A stretch of DNA of 64,000 bases from Acidimicrobiales bacterium (GTDB taxonomy: Bacteria; Actinomycetota; Acidimicrobiia; Acidimicrobiales; Palsa-688). This document shows, piece after piece, positions 18,687 to 28,350 of the stretch (position 1 is the first letter of the stretch; the number at the start of each line of letters is the position of its first letter). Location: positions 7,193-71,192 of the forward strand of contig DATGKR010000009.1 of assembly GCA_035294565.1 (NCBI GenBank), in the 5' to 3' direction. Under the pieces are notes generated by a model. That model worked only from the letters and a program-made list of their open reading frames with translations. It was not told where the DNA came from and searched no databases. Position numbers and translations under genes: made by a program.

Positions 18687-19097
18687 ATGGAACGCACCCT
18701 GGTGATCTGCAAGCCCGACGCTGTAGAGCGCGGCCTGACCGGCGAGATCATCCGCCGTCTCGAGCGCAAAGGCCTCCGGCTGGTGGCGGCCGAGCTGCGG
18801 CGCCTCGATCAGGCCACCGCACGGCGCCACTACGCCGAGCACGAGGGCAAGGTTTTCTACGAGGATCTCATCACGTTCATCACCAGGGCACCGGTGATGC
18901 TGATGGTCGTCGAAGGGCCGCCCGGTACGTGGCAGGTGGTCCGCAACCTGATGGGGGCCACCAACCCCGCCCAGGCCGCACCCGGCACGATCCGAGGTGA
19001 CATGGCCTTGGAGACGACCGAGAACCTGGTCCATGGCTCCGACGGGCCCGAGTCTGCCGCCCGAGAGATCGCCCTGTTCTTCCCGGACCTCCCCTGA
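18687..19097 (+). CDS. ndk: nucleoside-diphosphate kinase
   Basis: Frame of track ORF 18660..19097; start chosen at [33 protein letters not shown] contains the active-site His. Confidence 0.93.
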   Translation: MERTLVICKPDAVERGLTGEIIRRLERKGLRLVAAELRRLDQATARRHYAEHEGKVFYEDLITFITRAPVMLMVVEGPPGTWQVVRNLMGATNPAQAAPGTIRGDMALETTENLVHGSDGPESAAREIALFFPDLP

Positions 19098-19121
19098 GGC
19101 TGGCCCTCCTTGGGCCGGACT

Positions 19122-19172
19122 GGCCGGCTGGTCGTCCCTGCGCCGGGGGCCGGCTGGCCGTCCCTGCGCCGG
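19122..19172. repeat. imperfect 25-bp tandem direct repeat in the ndk-mreB intergenic region
   Basis: GGCCGGCTGGTCGTCCCTGCGCCGG (19122-19146) and GGCCGGCTGGCCGTCCCTGCGCCGG (19148-19172), one mismatch, one nt apart. Confidence 0.55.
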
Positions 19173-19300
19173 ACTCGCGCGGGCCGGCCCTCCGCCGGAG
19201 GCCGCCGAGGCGGGTGGACTACCCCTCCCGCGCAAGGTACCCTCAGAGCCGACCTCCGCCGGCTTACGGAGCCGGCCCTCTGACAGGAGGGCTCCTCGCT

Positions 19301-20335
19301 TTGTCGGACAATTTCCTATCCGGTTTCTTCGGGCGCGACATGGCCGTCGACCTCGGAACGGCCAACACCCTCGTCTACGTGCGCGGCCGCGGGATCGTTC
19401 TCAACGAGCCCTCGGTGGTCGCGGTGAACACCAAGGACGACCGCCCACTCGCGGTGGGCATAGAGGCGAAGCGGATGATCGGGCGCACGCCCAGCCACAT
19501 TCAGGCCATCCGCCCTTTACGCGATGGGGTGATAGCCAACTTCGACATCTGCGAGAAGATGCTGGCGTACTTCATCCGCCGGGTTCACGGGCCACGGAAG
19601 TTCGCCAAGCCCCGAATGGTCATCTGCGTGCCCTCGGGGATAACCGGGGTCGAGCAGCGGGCAGTGCAGGAGGCGGCCGAGTCCGCCGGCGCCCGAAAGC
19701 CGGCGTTCATCATCGAGGAACCGATGGCCGCGGCGATCGGTGCCGGCCTGCCGGTTCACGAGCCGACGGGCAACATGGTGGTCGACATCGGCGGGGGCAC
19801 CACCGAGGTGGCGGTCATATCGCTCGGCGGCATCGTCACCAGCCAGTCGGTCCGCATCGGCGGGGACGAGTTGGACGAGGCGATCATCAATTTCATCAAA
19901 AAGGAGTACAGCCTTGCGCTCGGGGAGCGCACCGCGGAGGAGATCAAGATCGCGCTCGGCTCGGCCTGCCCGTTGGAGGAGGAGCTTCACGCCGAAATCC
20001 GGGGCCGGGATCTGATAACCGGCTTGCCCAAGACGATCGTCACCACCACCGAGGAGATCCGCGACGCGATAGAGGAACCAGTTTCGGCGATCGTGGATGC
20101 CGTCAAGGTCACATTGGACAAGACTCCGCCGGAGCTCGCCGCTGACATCATGGAGCAGGGCATCGTCCTGACCGGCGGCGGGGCCCTCCTCCACGGGCTC
20201 GGCGCGCGGCTCATGTCCGAGACGGGCATGCCGATAGTCGTCGCCGACAACCCGCTGCACTCGGTGGTCATGGGCAGCGGCCAGTGTCTCGAGGCGCCCG
20301 AGGTGCTGAAGATGCTGGCGAGCCAGAGCAGCTAG
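19301..20335 (+). CDS. mreB: rod shape-determining protein MreB
   Basis: Frame of track ORF 19214..20335. Start chosen at TTG 19301, 10 nt after AGGAGG (19285-19290); ATG 19340 is the alternative. [42 protein letters not shown] and [11 protein letters not shown] are actin-fold MreB motifs. Confidence 0.93.
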   Translation: MSDNFLSGFFGRDMAVDLGTANTLVYVRGRGIVLNEPSVVAVNTKDDRPLAVGIEAKRMIGRTPSHIQAIRPLRDGVIANFDICEKMLAYFIRRVHGPRKFAKPRMVICVPSGITGVEQRAVQEAAESAGARKPAFIIEEPMAAAIGAGLPVHEPTGNMVVDIGGGTTEVAVISLGGIVTSQSVRIGGDELDEAIINFIKKEYSLALGERTAEEIKIALGSACPLEEELHAEIRGRDLITGLPKTIVTTTEEIRDAIEEPVSAIVDAVKVTLDKTPPELAADIMEQGIVLTGGGALLHGLGARLMSETGMPIVVADNPLHSVVMGSGQCLEAPEVLKMLASQSS

Positions 20336-20357
20336 CCCAGCCGGGCGACCCTCGAGA

Positions 20358-21197
20358 GTGGCTGTCTACCGGCGTGCCTCGCGTGCCAGGAACCTCCTGG
20401 CGGTGCTGGTCCTGGCGGCGCTCACGCTCGTGACGATCGACGCGCGCAGCCATGGCAATGGTGTCCTCGGGGACGTCCGGCAGAAGGTCTCCGACGTTTT
20501 CGCCCCGCTGCAAAGAGCGACCCACGCGGCTTTGGAGCCGGTCGGCAACTTCTTCACCGGAGCGGCCGAGTACGGGTCGCTCCGCCAGGAGAACCAGCGC
20601 CTGCGCCAGCAGGTCGCCGCTCTCGAGGCTCAGGGTGCCACCGCCGCGGACGCTGAGCAGCGGGCGAGCCAGGCACTGGCCGAGTTGAACCTTCCGTTCG
20701 CGTCCAACATCCCCACCGTGCTTTCGCCGATCATCGACCAGGGGTCGTCGAACTTCGACAACTCGATCACCATCGGCCGCGGAACTGCGAGCGGCGTCGC
20801 CCCAGGCGAGCCCGTGGTCGCCGCCGGAGGCCTGGTCGGTTCCGTCCTGGCTGCGAGCCGGGACACGGCCACCGTGCGGCTGCTGACCGATCCGAGCTTC
20901 GCCGTCGGCGTGTCACTTCAGGGCGGCAACGTCGGCTCGGCGGCGGGGACGGGGCCGTCCCAGCCGCTGCGGGTGACCGTCGACACCACTCAGCTGCCGC
21001 CCCCCGTCGAGAAGCCGGGCTCTTTGGTCCTCACCAGCGGTCTGCAGATGGAGAAGTTCCCCCCGGGTATCCCTGTCGGCCGCGTCGCCAAGTCCGTCAC
21101 GCCCCCCGGAGGGTCCGAGCCGGACATCGAAATCAGTCCCGCTGTCGATCCGGCCGGTCTTTTCTACGTCCAGGTGCTGCTGTGGAGCCCAGCGTGA
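20358..21197 (+). CDS. mreC: rod shape-determining protein MreC
   Basis: 279 aa. N-terminal anchor LLAVLVLAALTLV. Coiled coil LRQENQRLRQQVAALEAQ. C-terminal beta domains (VVAAGGLVGSV, FPPGIPVGRV). Follows mreB. Confidence 0.82.
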   Translation: MAVYRRASRARNLLAVLVLAALTLVTIDARSHGNGVLGDVRQKVSDVFAPLQRATHAALEPVGNFFTGAAEYGSLRQENQRLRQQVAALEAQGATAADAEQRASQALAELNLPFASNIPTVLSPIIDQGSSNFDNSITIGRGTASGVAPGEPVVAAGGLVGSVLAASRDTATVRLLTDPSFAVGVSLQGGNVGSAAGTGPSQPLRVTVDTTQLPPPVEKPGSLVLTSGLQMEKFPPGIPVGRVAKSVTPPGGSEPDIEISPAVDPAGLFYVQVLLWSPA

Positions 21198-21246
21198 CCT
21201 CCAGGAAAACCCTGCCTGGCCCGTTCGTGCCGGCGTTGGGACCAGC

Positions 21247-21789
21247 GTGAGCCCCCACACCAAGGCCCGCCTGCGGATAGCCGCCCTCCTGGTGGTAGCC
21301 GTGCTGCTCCAGACGACCCTCGCTTCGGACCTGCGGGTCTTCGGGGTGGCGCCGGACCTGATGGTGCTGCTGTCCATCTGCGCCGGCATGCTCGGCGGTC
21401 CCGAGGCCGGCGCCTGGGTCGGTTTCTGGTCCGGGCTGCTCATGGACATGTTCCTTTCCTCGACCCCCGTGGGCCTGTCCGCCCTCACCTACTGCCTGAT
21501 TGGGGCGGCCGTCGGTGGTCTGCGCTCCTCGGTGCTGGCGGACCGCCGCTCGCTTCTCCCGGCGGCCGCCCTGGTGGGGACCGCCGCGGCTGTCGTGCTC
21601 TTCGTAGGCGCCGGCGACGTGCTCGGCCAGCACCAGCTGATAGCAGCGGGGCGGTCCTGGCTGATCAGGGTGGCCGTCGTGGAAGGGATGTGGAACGCCG
21701 TCCTGGCTCTGCCGGCCGGCTACCTCTACGCTCGGGCGGCGAGGGGATCTGTGGGGGTCGAGCGGCTCGGCGTGGCTGACGCGCGATGA
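21247..21789 (+). CDS. mreD: rod shape-determining protein MreD
   Basis: 180 aa, polytopic membrane protein (IAALLVVAVLLQTTL, DLMVLLSICAGML, GFWSGLLMDM). Position after mreC. Confidence 0.62.
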   Translation: MSPHTKARLRIAALLVVAVLLQTTLASDLRVFGVAPDLMVLLSICAGMLGGPEAGAWVGFWSGLLMDMFLSSTPVGLSALTYCLIGAAVGGLRSSVLADRRSLLPAAALVGTAAAVVLFVGAGDVLGQHQLIAAGRSWLIRVAVVEGMWNAVLALPAGYLYARAARGSVGVERLGVADAR

Positions 21790-21942
21790 AGCCCGCTGGA
21801 GGGCCGAGCGCCCACATCCTGCTCCTGCGGCGCTGCGGTGCCAGCGGCGCCGGTGGTCGGGGAGGCCGGGGATCGCCCTCTACAATCTGGGTTGCAGCCG
21901 TCGGTTGTGCGGCGACGGGCAGCGGAGGCCAGAACTGACGTG

Positions 21943-23130
21943 ATGCTGAAGACCGAAAGCAGGCCCGGTTCTCCCGCGACGGCGGGCCGGCGACAGCCCC
22001 GGCTCGCCGGCGCGTGGCGCCACTTCGACTTTCTTTTGGCCGGGGCCGCGGTGTGCATCGGTTTCATCGGCTGCCTGATGATCTACACCGCCACCCGAGA
22101 CCAGCTTCAAGTAGCGGGTATCAGCCCCACCTATTACGCGAAGAAGCAGGCGATCTTCATGCTGATCGGGATCGCGGTCATGCTCGGCGTCGCCGCCATC
22201 GACTACCGGCGTTTCGGCGACTGGGCGCTCGCCATATACGGGTTCTGCCTCTTGATGCTGATGGCGGTCCTCGTCGTCGGCCACAAGAGCCGGGGGTCAC
22301 AGGCGTGGTTCCAGCTGGGCGGCTACCAGTTCGAGCCGTCGGAGCTCGCCAAGATCGGCCTGATCATCGCCCTCGCCTCCTACTGCGCCGCGGCCAGGGG
22401 CCGGCTTTCCGGGCGGGCGCTGGTCGCCCTGCTCGGGTTGTCCGCTGTGCCGTTCGCCCTCATCTACAAACAGCCGGACCTCGGCTCGGCGCTGGTGCTC
22501 GCAGCGGTCCTGGTGGCCGTCCTGCTCGTCGGCGGCGTGAGGGGGCGCCACATGGCCGCCCTCGGCCTCCTCGCCGTCGTGCTCTCCTTCGGCGTCGTCC
22601 ACTTCGGGATCCTGAAGACCTACCAGAAGGACCGCCTCACGTCTTTCGCCGACGCGCCCAACCAGCCGAACCCCGCCATGCTCGCCACGGTCGCCGGTGC
22701 CAACGAGTACAACGTCGCCGAGTCGAAGACCGCGGTGAGCAACGGTGGCATCACCGGCCAGGGCTTCGGAAAAGGAACGCAGACCAACCTCTCCTACGTG
22801 CCCGAGCAGCGCACCGACTTCATCTTCACCGCCCTCGGGGAGCAGTTCGGCCTGGTCGGCTCGGCTGTCCTGCTGGCCCTCTTCGCCGTGGTGGTGTGGA
22901 GGACCTGGCGAGCGGCCACCCTCGCCCGGGACCAGTTCGGCACGCTGGTCTGCGTAGGGGTGCTGGCGATGATCGCCTTCCAGGTGTTCGAGAACATCGG
23001 CATGACCATCGGAATAATGCCAGTTGCGGGTATCCCGTTACCTCTCATGAGCTACGGCGGCTCTTCGGTGCTGGCCACGTTTGCCGGGCTGGGCCTGGTC
23101 CTGAGCGTCCGGATGCGCCGGTTCAGCTGA
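21943..23130 (+). CDS. rodA: SEDS-family peptidoglycan glycosyltransferase RodA/FtsW
   Basis: Frame of track ORF 21838..23130. Start at ATG 21943 (or GTG 21940) after GGAGG at 21924-21928. QFEPSELAKIGLIIALA, FALIYKQPDLGSAL, TDFIFTALGEQFGLVG and MPVAGIPLPLMSYGGSS are SEDS signatures. Confidence 0.87.
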   Translation: MLKTESRPGSPATAGRRQPRLAGAWRHFDFLLAGAAVCIGFIGCLMIYTATRDQLQVAGISPTYYAKKQAIFMLIGIAVMLGVAAIDYRRFGDWALAIYGFCLLMLMAVLVVGHKSRGSQAWFQLGGYQFEPSELAKIGLIIALASYCAAARGRLSGRALVALLGLSAVPFALIYKQPDLGSALVLAAVLVAVLLVGGVRGRHMAALGLLAVVLSFGVVHFGILKTYQKDRLTSFADAPNQPNPAMLATVAGANEYNVAESKTAVSNGGITGQGFGKGTQTNLSYVPEQRTDFIFTALGEQFGLVGSAVLLALFAVVVWRTWRAATLARDQFGTLVCVGVLAMIAFQVFENIGMTIGIMPVAGIPLPLMSYGGSSVLATFAGLGLVLSVRMRRFS

Positions 23131-23156
23131 GCGCACCGGTCTCGCCGGCGGGCTCC

Positions 23157-23201
23157 TCCCGCCGCGGCCCGGCGCGCTCTTCCCGCCGCGGCCCGGCGCG
23201 C
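23157..23201. repeat. 21-bp direct repeat (24-bp period) in the rodA / radical-SAM intergenic region
   Basis: TCCCGCCGCGGCCCGGCGCGC occurs at 23157-23177 and again at 23181-23201. Each copy contains the palindrome GCCGCGGC. Confidence 0.55.
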
Positions 23202-23236
23202 CGGAGCGGGTCGCGGAGGCCGGCGGGTCTAGACTG

Positions 23237-25186
23237 TTGAGGGACATGACGTCCCTGTGGCCCCGGATCGAGCCTCTCCTGGCCCACGTCTCCAAGCCGG
23301 CCCGTTACATAGGCTGCGAGGACGGCGCGGTCGGGGCAGGCTCCTTGGAGGGTCTTGTCAGCTGGCTGCTCGTCTACCCGGACTCCTACGAGATCGGGCT
23401 GCCCAACCAGGGTTTGCAGATCCTCTACGAGATACTCAACGAGCGCCCGGACGCCAGGGCCGAGCGTGCCTACGCCCCGTGGCCCGACATGGAGCGTCTC
23501 ATGAGGCGGAGCTCGGTGCCCTTGTTCTCCCTCGAGAGCCACCATCCCGCTGCCGCCTTCGACGTCTTGGCCTTCAACCTTTCGGCCGAGCTCGTCTACA
23601 CCAACGTGCTCAACTGCATCGACCTCGCCGGTGTGCCGGTGCGGGCCGGCGAGCGCGACGAGCGCCACCCCCTGGTGTTGGCGGGGGGGCACTGCGCCTT
23701 CAACCCGGAGCCGCTGGCCGACTTCGTCGACGCCTTCGTCATCGGCGATGGAGAGGAGGCGGTCGGCGACATCACCGAGGTCGTCAAATCCGAAGGCCGC
23801 TCACGGCATGCGCTGCTGCGCAGGCTGGCCGCCACTCCCGGGGTATACGTGCCCGCCGCCTACACGGTCGACTACGACGGCCCCCGGTTGGTGTCGGTGC
23901 GAAAAGTGTGGTCCGAGGCGCCCGAGGTGGTGCACAAGCGAACCGTTTCGGACCTCGCTGCCTGGCCCTACCCGAAGCGCCAGCTCGTTCCCCTGACCGA
24001 GGTCGTGCACGACCGCCTCAACGTGGAAATCTTCCGCGGCTGCACGCGGGGCTGCCGGTTCTGCCAGGCGGGGATGATCACCAGGCCGGTACGGGAGCGC
24101 CCATCCTCACAGGTTCGGCGAATGGTCTCGGAGGGCCTTGCCCGTACCGGCTACGACGAGGTGAGCCTCACGTCGCTGTCGAGCGCTGACTTCTCGGGCA
24201 TCGAGGACGTCGTCGGCGGGATCGTCGACGACCCCGCCTCTGCGCGCCAGGTTTCGGTGAGCTTGCCCAGCCTTCGGGTGGACGCCTTCACCGTCGGCGT
24301 CGCCGCCCACATCCAGAAGGTTCGCCGCACCGGGCTGACCTTCGCCCCCGAGGCGGGAACGTGGCGGATGCGGCAGGTGATCAACAAGCTGATCACCGAG
24401 GAAGACCTCTACGGTGCCGTCGAGTCCGCCTTCTCCCAGGGCTGGCGCCGCGTCAAGCTCTACTTCCTGACGGGACTGCCGACGGAAACGGATGAGGACA
24501 CGCTGGGCATAGCCGAGTTGGCCCGCAGCTGCGCGTCGATCGGCCGGTCTCATCACCGCGGGGCCACGGTGACCGCTTCGGTCGGGGGGTTCGTCCCCAA
24601 GCCGCAGACGCCGTTCCAGTGGTTCGGCCAGGAAACCCTGGACGGTCTCCAGCGGCGGATCGGCCTGCTGAGGGAAGCCACCCGGCGCGACAGGGCCGTC
24701 CAGCTCAAGTGGCACGACCCCCGGGCGACCCTGGCGGAGGGCATAGCCAGCCGTGGCGACCGGCGCATAGGCGCGGTGATAGAGCAGGTTTGGCGCCGGG
24801 GCGGCGTGTTCCAGGAATGGTCCGAGCACTTCTCGCTCGAGCTTTGGACCGAGGCCATGGCAGCGCAGGGGCTTTCGGTCGACTGGTACGTGCACCGCGA
24901 GCGGGACAGGGACGAGGTGCTCCCCTGGTCCCACATCTCCGCCGGTTTGCACGAGGATTTCCTCTGGCAGGAGTGGCAGGACGCGCTGGCCGCGTCCGGC
25001 ACACCAGACTGCCGCTGGACGCCGTGCTACGACTGCGGGGCGTGCACCGGCTACGGGCTGGAGCACGTCGTGGCCTCCACCGTCGCCCCCGCTGGAGGAA
25101 GCCAGGGGACCGGACAGGACCTGGCCCGGGGTGGCGAGGTTCCCGTCCGCCTGCTGGCGAGGGTCACGGCCGGGGTGCCCCGATGA
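23237..25186 (+). CDS. B12-binding-domain radical SAM protein (TIGR03960-like)
   Basis: 649 aa. N-terminal VSKPARYIGCEDG. Radical SAM cluster motif FRGCTRGCRFCQAG (CxxxCxxC). Sits upstream of a DUF2344-type gene and rne, as is typical for this family. Confidence 0.85.
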   Translation: MRDMTSLWPRIEPLLAHVSKPARYIGCEDGAVGAGSLEGLVSWLLVYPDSYEIGLPNQGLQILYEILNERPDARAERAYAPWPDMERLMRRSSVPLFSLESHHPAAAFDVLAFNLSAELVYTNVLNCIDLAGVPVRAGERDERHPLVLAGGHCAFNPEPLADFVDAFVIGDGEEAVGDITEVVKSEGRSRHALLRRLAATPGVYVPAAYTVDYDGPRLVSVRKVWSEAPEVVHKRTVSDLAAWPYPKRQLVPLTEVVHDRLNVEIFRGCTRGCRFCQAGMITRPVRERPSSQVRRMVSEGLARTGYDEVSLTSLSSADFSGIEDVVGGIVDDPASARQVSVSLPSLRVDAFTVGVAAHIQKVRRTGLTFAPEAGTWRMRQVINKLITEEDLYGAVESAFSQGWRRVKLYFLTGLPTETDEDTLGIAELARSCASIGRSHHRGATVTASVGGFVPKPQTPFQWFGQETLDGLQRRIGLLREATRRDRAVQLKWHDPRATLAEGIASRGDRRIGAVIEQVWRRGGVFQEWSEHFSLELWTEAMAAQGLSVDWYVHRERDRDEVLPWSHISAGLHEDFLWQEWQDALAASGTPDCRWTPCYDCGACTGYGLEHVVASTVAPAGGSQGTGQDLARGGEVPVRLLARVTAGVPR

Positions 25187-25920
25187 GGCTGCGCATCCGG
25201 TTCACCAAGCTGGGGAAGGTCCGCTGGACCAGTCACCGGGACGTCGCCCGCATGTGGGAACGGGCGTTCCGCCGGGTGGGGCTGCCCCTCGCCTACAGCG
25301 AGGGTTTCACCCCCCGTCCCAAGGTCAGCTTCGGGCTGGCCCTTCCCACTGGCCACGAGTCGATGGCCGAGTACCTGGACGTGGAGCTCTCCGACGCCGC
25401 GGCGGGCGCGCCGGACCTCGTGGCACTGAAAGCCCGCCTGTCAGCTGCTCTACCCGAAGGGATCGAGGTGGCAGCCCTCTGCGTGCTCGAGCCCGGCAGC
25501 CCATCCTTGCAAGAGGACGTCGAGGCGTGCTCCTGGAGGTGGCTGGCGGTGCCTGGGGAGGGGTCGCTCCCGTTGAGCGTGGACGATCTCGGAAAAAGGG
25601 TGGCCCACGCGCTCGCCGCCCCCGCCCTGGAGGTCGCCCGTTGGCGCAAGGGGCGTGAAACGACCGTCGACATCCGCCCCGGAATCGGCCGCTTGGAGGT
25701 CGTGGAGGCGGACGGCGAGGGAGTGTGGCTGGACGCTGATCTGGCCGCGCGCCCCCAGGGTGTGCGGCCCGCCGACGTGCTGGCTGCGCTCGGTCCCGAC
25801 CTCGAGGAGCGCCACGTCCGAAGGACGCATCAGTGGATCGTGCGCCGTGGTGAACGCTTGGAGCCGCTCGGCTCGCAGGGCGTCCCGCAGGCGCCGCACG
25901 CGGAGGCGCGTGCGTCGTGA
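25183..25920 (+). CDS. radical SAM-associated protein (TIGR03936 / DUF2344-like)
   Basis: Frame of track ORF 24619..25920. ATG 25183 overlaps the TGA of the radical SAM gene. MRLRIRFTKLGKVRWTSHRDVARMWERAFRRVGLPLAYSEGFTPRPKVSFGLALPTGHES is the hallmark N-terminus of this family. Confidence 0.77.
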   Translation: MRLRIRFTKLGKVRWTSHRDVARMWERAFRRVGLPLAYSEGFTPRPKVSFGLALPTGHESMAEYLDVELSDAAAGAPDLVALKARLSAALPEGIEVAALCVLEPGSPSLQEDVEACSWRWLAVPGEGSLPLSVDDLGKRVAHALAAPALEVARWRKGRETTVDIRPGIGRLEVVEADGEGVWLDADLAARPQGVRPADVLAALGPDLEERHVRRTHQWIVRRGERLEPLGSQGVPQAPHAEARAS

Positions 25921-25936
25921 GAAGGGATTTGTGTCA

Positions 25937-27751
25937 ATGGCCGACGAGGCTCTTTCCGATTTCGACGGGGACGGCGGGGTCGAGCCCGCCCCCTATGAGG
26001 TGACAACCGGGCAGGCCGGCGAAGTCCAGCCGAGGAAGCGGCGCCGTCGCGGCTCGCGCGGTGGACGCAACCGCGCCAAGAAGTCGGAACCCGGCTCAGG
26101 CCAGGGCACGGTCGTCTCCGGGCCGCTCGACTCTCCCTCCCCGGGACCCGCCGCGCCCGCGGCCCCCCGAGCCGAGGATCCGGCGGACCCTGCAGCGGCG
26201 ATGCCGCCACCGCCGCCGAAGCCGAAGATCGGCGACACCCGGCCGGCGCCTCCGCTGCCGCCACCGATGCTGGGTGCCGGCGGGCCAGCGGGAAGGCGCC
26301 GCCGCCGACCGGCACGCGGCCGAGGCCCCGTCGTGCCGGCGGTGCGGCCGGTCGAAGCCGTGCTCGTCGACAGCCCGGCCGAGGTGGACGAAGAGACGCT
26401 CGAGCGGCGCCGGGGGAGGGAGCGCAAGGGGCGGCCCGTCGGGCGTTACCTGATGGTGGTCCATTCCCGGCCCGGTGTTACCCAAATAGCCGTGCTCGAA
26501 GGCCGGTCCCTCATAGAGCACTACGTCTCCCGTCCCGCCGACGACGCCACCCAGATCGACGGCAACATCTACCTGGGGCGGGTGCAGAACGTGCTGCCTG
26601 GCATGGAGGCGGCGTTCGTCGACATCGGCACCCCGAAGAACGCCGTCCTCTACCGGGGCGACGTCCGCTACGAGAAGGACGACCTGGAGCTGCCGGCGGG
26701 CTCGGACGAGTCGGCTCCGAGCCGAGGGCGCCTGGCCGGATCTGCCCAGGGTGCACGCATAGAGCAGCTCCTCCGTACCGGCCAGACGATCGTCTGCCAG
26801 GTCACGAAAAACCCCATCGGCACCAAAGGGGCACGCCTGACCCAGGAGGTCTCGCTGCCAGGGCGGTTCGTCGTGCTGATCCCCAACAGCGACACCTACG
26901 GGATATCCAAGCGTCTCGCCGACGAGGAACGCCGCCGACTCAGGCGCATCCTCGACGAGGTACGCCCAGCGGGCCACGGCCTGATAGTGCGCACCGCCGC
27001 CGAAGGAGCGACCGCCGAGGAGCTTCGCCGCGACGTCGCCCGGCTGACCCAGCAGTGGGAGCAGATCGACCGACTGGCGAAGACCTCCCGGGCTCCGGCT
27101 CTGCTCTACCGGGAGCCAGACATGGCCGTAAGGGTCATACGGGAAGAGTTCAACCGGGACTACCGCGGGGTGGTCATAGACGACCGGACCCTCTACGAGG
27201 AGGTCCGCGACTACGTGGCGAGCATCAACCCCGAGCTCGCCGACCGTGTGGAATGGGCGGGGGACTCGGACGACCCCCTGCCGGTGTTCGAGCGTTTCCA
27301 CGTCCACGAGCAGATCCACAAGGCCCTCGACCGCAAGGTGTGGCTCCCCTCGGGCGGCTCGTTGATCATCGAGAGGACCGAGGCGCTCACGGTGATCGAC
27401 GTCAACACCGGCAAGAACGTCGGCAGCTCCAACCTGGAGGAGACCGTCTTTCGCAACAACCTCGAAGCGGCCGAGGAGATAGCTCACCAGCTGCGCCTCC
27501 GGGACATCGGCGGGATCATCGTCATCGACTTCATCGACATGGAGATCCCCGCCAACCGGGAGGAGGTCGTGCGGACCTTCCGGGCTGCCCTGGCGCGCGA
27601 CAAGACGCGCACCCAGGTGTACGACATCTCCGAGCTCGGCCTGGTCGAGATGACCCGTAAGCGGATATCGGAAGGCCTGGTCGAGTCCTTCTCCGAGACG
27701 TGTCCCACCTGCGGGGGCCGCGGCATCGTCTTCGACGAGTCGCTGCTGTAG
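25937..27751 (+). CDS. rne: ribonuclease E/G family endoribonuclease
   Basis: Frame of track ORF 25655..27751; start chosen at ATG 25937 (MADEALSDF). R/P-rich N-terminal tract, then an S1 domain (IYLGRVQNVLPGMEAAFVDIG). Catalytic core LTVIDVNTGKNVGS, RDIGGIIVIDFIDM. Zn-link CPTCGGRG. Confidence 0.88.
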   Translation: MADEALSDFDGDGGVEPAPYEVTTGQAGEVQPRKRRRRGSRGGRNRAKKSEPGSGQGTVVSGPLDSPSPGPAAPAAPRAEDPADPAAAMPPPPPKPKIGDTRPAPPLPPPMLGAGGPAGRRRRRPARGRGPVVPAVRPVEAVLVDSPAEVDEETLERRRGRERKGRPVGRYLMVVHSRPGVTQIAVLEGRSLIEHYVSRPADDATQIDGNIYLGRVQNVLPGMEAAFVDIGTPKNAVLYRGDVRYEKDDLELPAGSDESAPSRGRLAGSAQGARIEQLLRTGQTIVCQVTKNPIGTKGARLTQEVSLPGRFVVLIPNSDTYGISKRLADEERRRLRRILDEVRPAGHGLIVRTAAEGATAEELRRDVARLTQQWEQIDRLAKTSRAPALLYREPDMAVRVIREEFNRDYRGVVIDDRTLYEEVRDYVASINPELADRVEWAGDSDDPLPVFERFHVHEQIHKALDRKVWLPSGGSLIIERTEALTVIDVNTGKNVGSSNLEETVFRNNLEAAEEIAHQLRLRDIGGIIVIDFIDMEIPANREEVVRTFRAALARDKTRTQVYDISELGLVEMTRKRISEGLVESFSETCPTCGGRGIVFDESLL

Positions 27752-27763
27752 ACTGCCCGGCTC

Positions 27764-28093
27764 GTGTACGCGGTGATCAGGACCGGAGGCAAGCAGGAGC
27801 GGGTCGAGGAGGGCCAGACCCTCGCGGTCGAGAAGCTCGCCGCCGCGCCCGGAGACGAGTTGACGTTCGACCCCTTGCTGCTCGTCGTGGGTGACAGCGT
27901 GCTGGCCACCGCTGCCGAGCTGGCCGGGGCCAAGGTGTCGGCTCGAGTTGTGGGCGAGGGGAAGGGACCGAAGATCCGAGGGTTCACCTACAAGCCGAAG
28001 ACCCGCGGTCGGCGGGCGTGGGGCCACCGGCAGAGGCACACCACCATCGAGATAACCGGAATCTCCATCCAGGGCACGAGCGCGGAGGGTTAG
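27764..28093 (+). CDS. rplU: 50S ribosomal protein L21
   Basis: 109 aa. [25 protein letters not shown]... and [21 protein letters not shown]. Confidence 0.95.
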   Translation: MYAVIRTGGKQERVEEGQTLAVEKLAAAPGDELTFDPLLLVVGDSVLATAAELAGAKVSARVVGEGKGPKIRGFTYKPKTRGRRAWGHRQRHTTIEITGISIQGTSAEG

Positions 28094-28095
28094 GG

Positions 28096-28350
28096 ATGTC
28101 CAAGACGAAAGGCGGCGGTTCTACCCGTAACGGCCGCGACTCGCAAGCCAAGCGGCTCGGCGTGAAGGTGTTCGACGGGACGATGGTGCCGGCCGGATCG
28201 ATCCTGGTCCGCCAGCGGGGAACTCGCTTCCATCCGGGGGTCAACGTGGGCCGCGGCGGCGACGACACGTTGTTCGCGCTCGCCGACGGGAAGGTGAAGT
28301 TCGGGTCCCGCAAGGGACGCAAGCTCGTGGACGTTCTGACCGAGGCCTGA
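28096..28350 (+). CDS. rpmA: 50S ribosomal protein L27
   Basis: Frame of track ORF 28018..28350; ATG 28096. [61 protein letters not shown]. Confidence 0.95.
   Translation: MSKTKGGGSTRNGRDSQAKRLGVKVFDGTMVPAGSILVRQRGTRFHPGVNVGRGGDDTLFALADGKVKFGSRKGRKLVDVLTEA

Noticed and set aside
26096-28039. 647-aa minus-strand ORF
   Set aside because: It is antisense to rne and rplU, with no recognisable domain. Shadow ORF.
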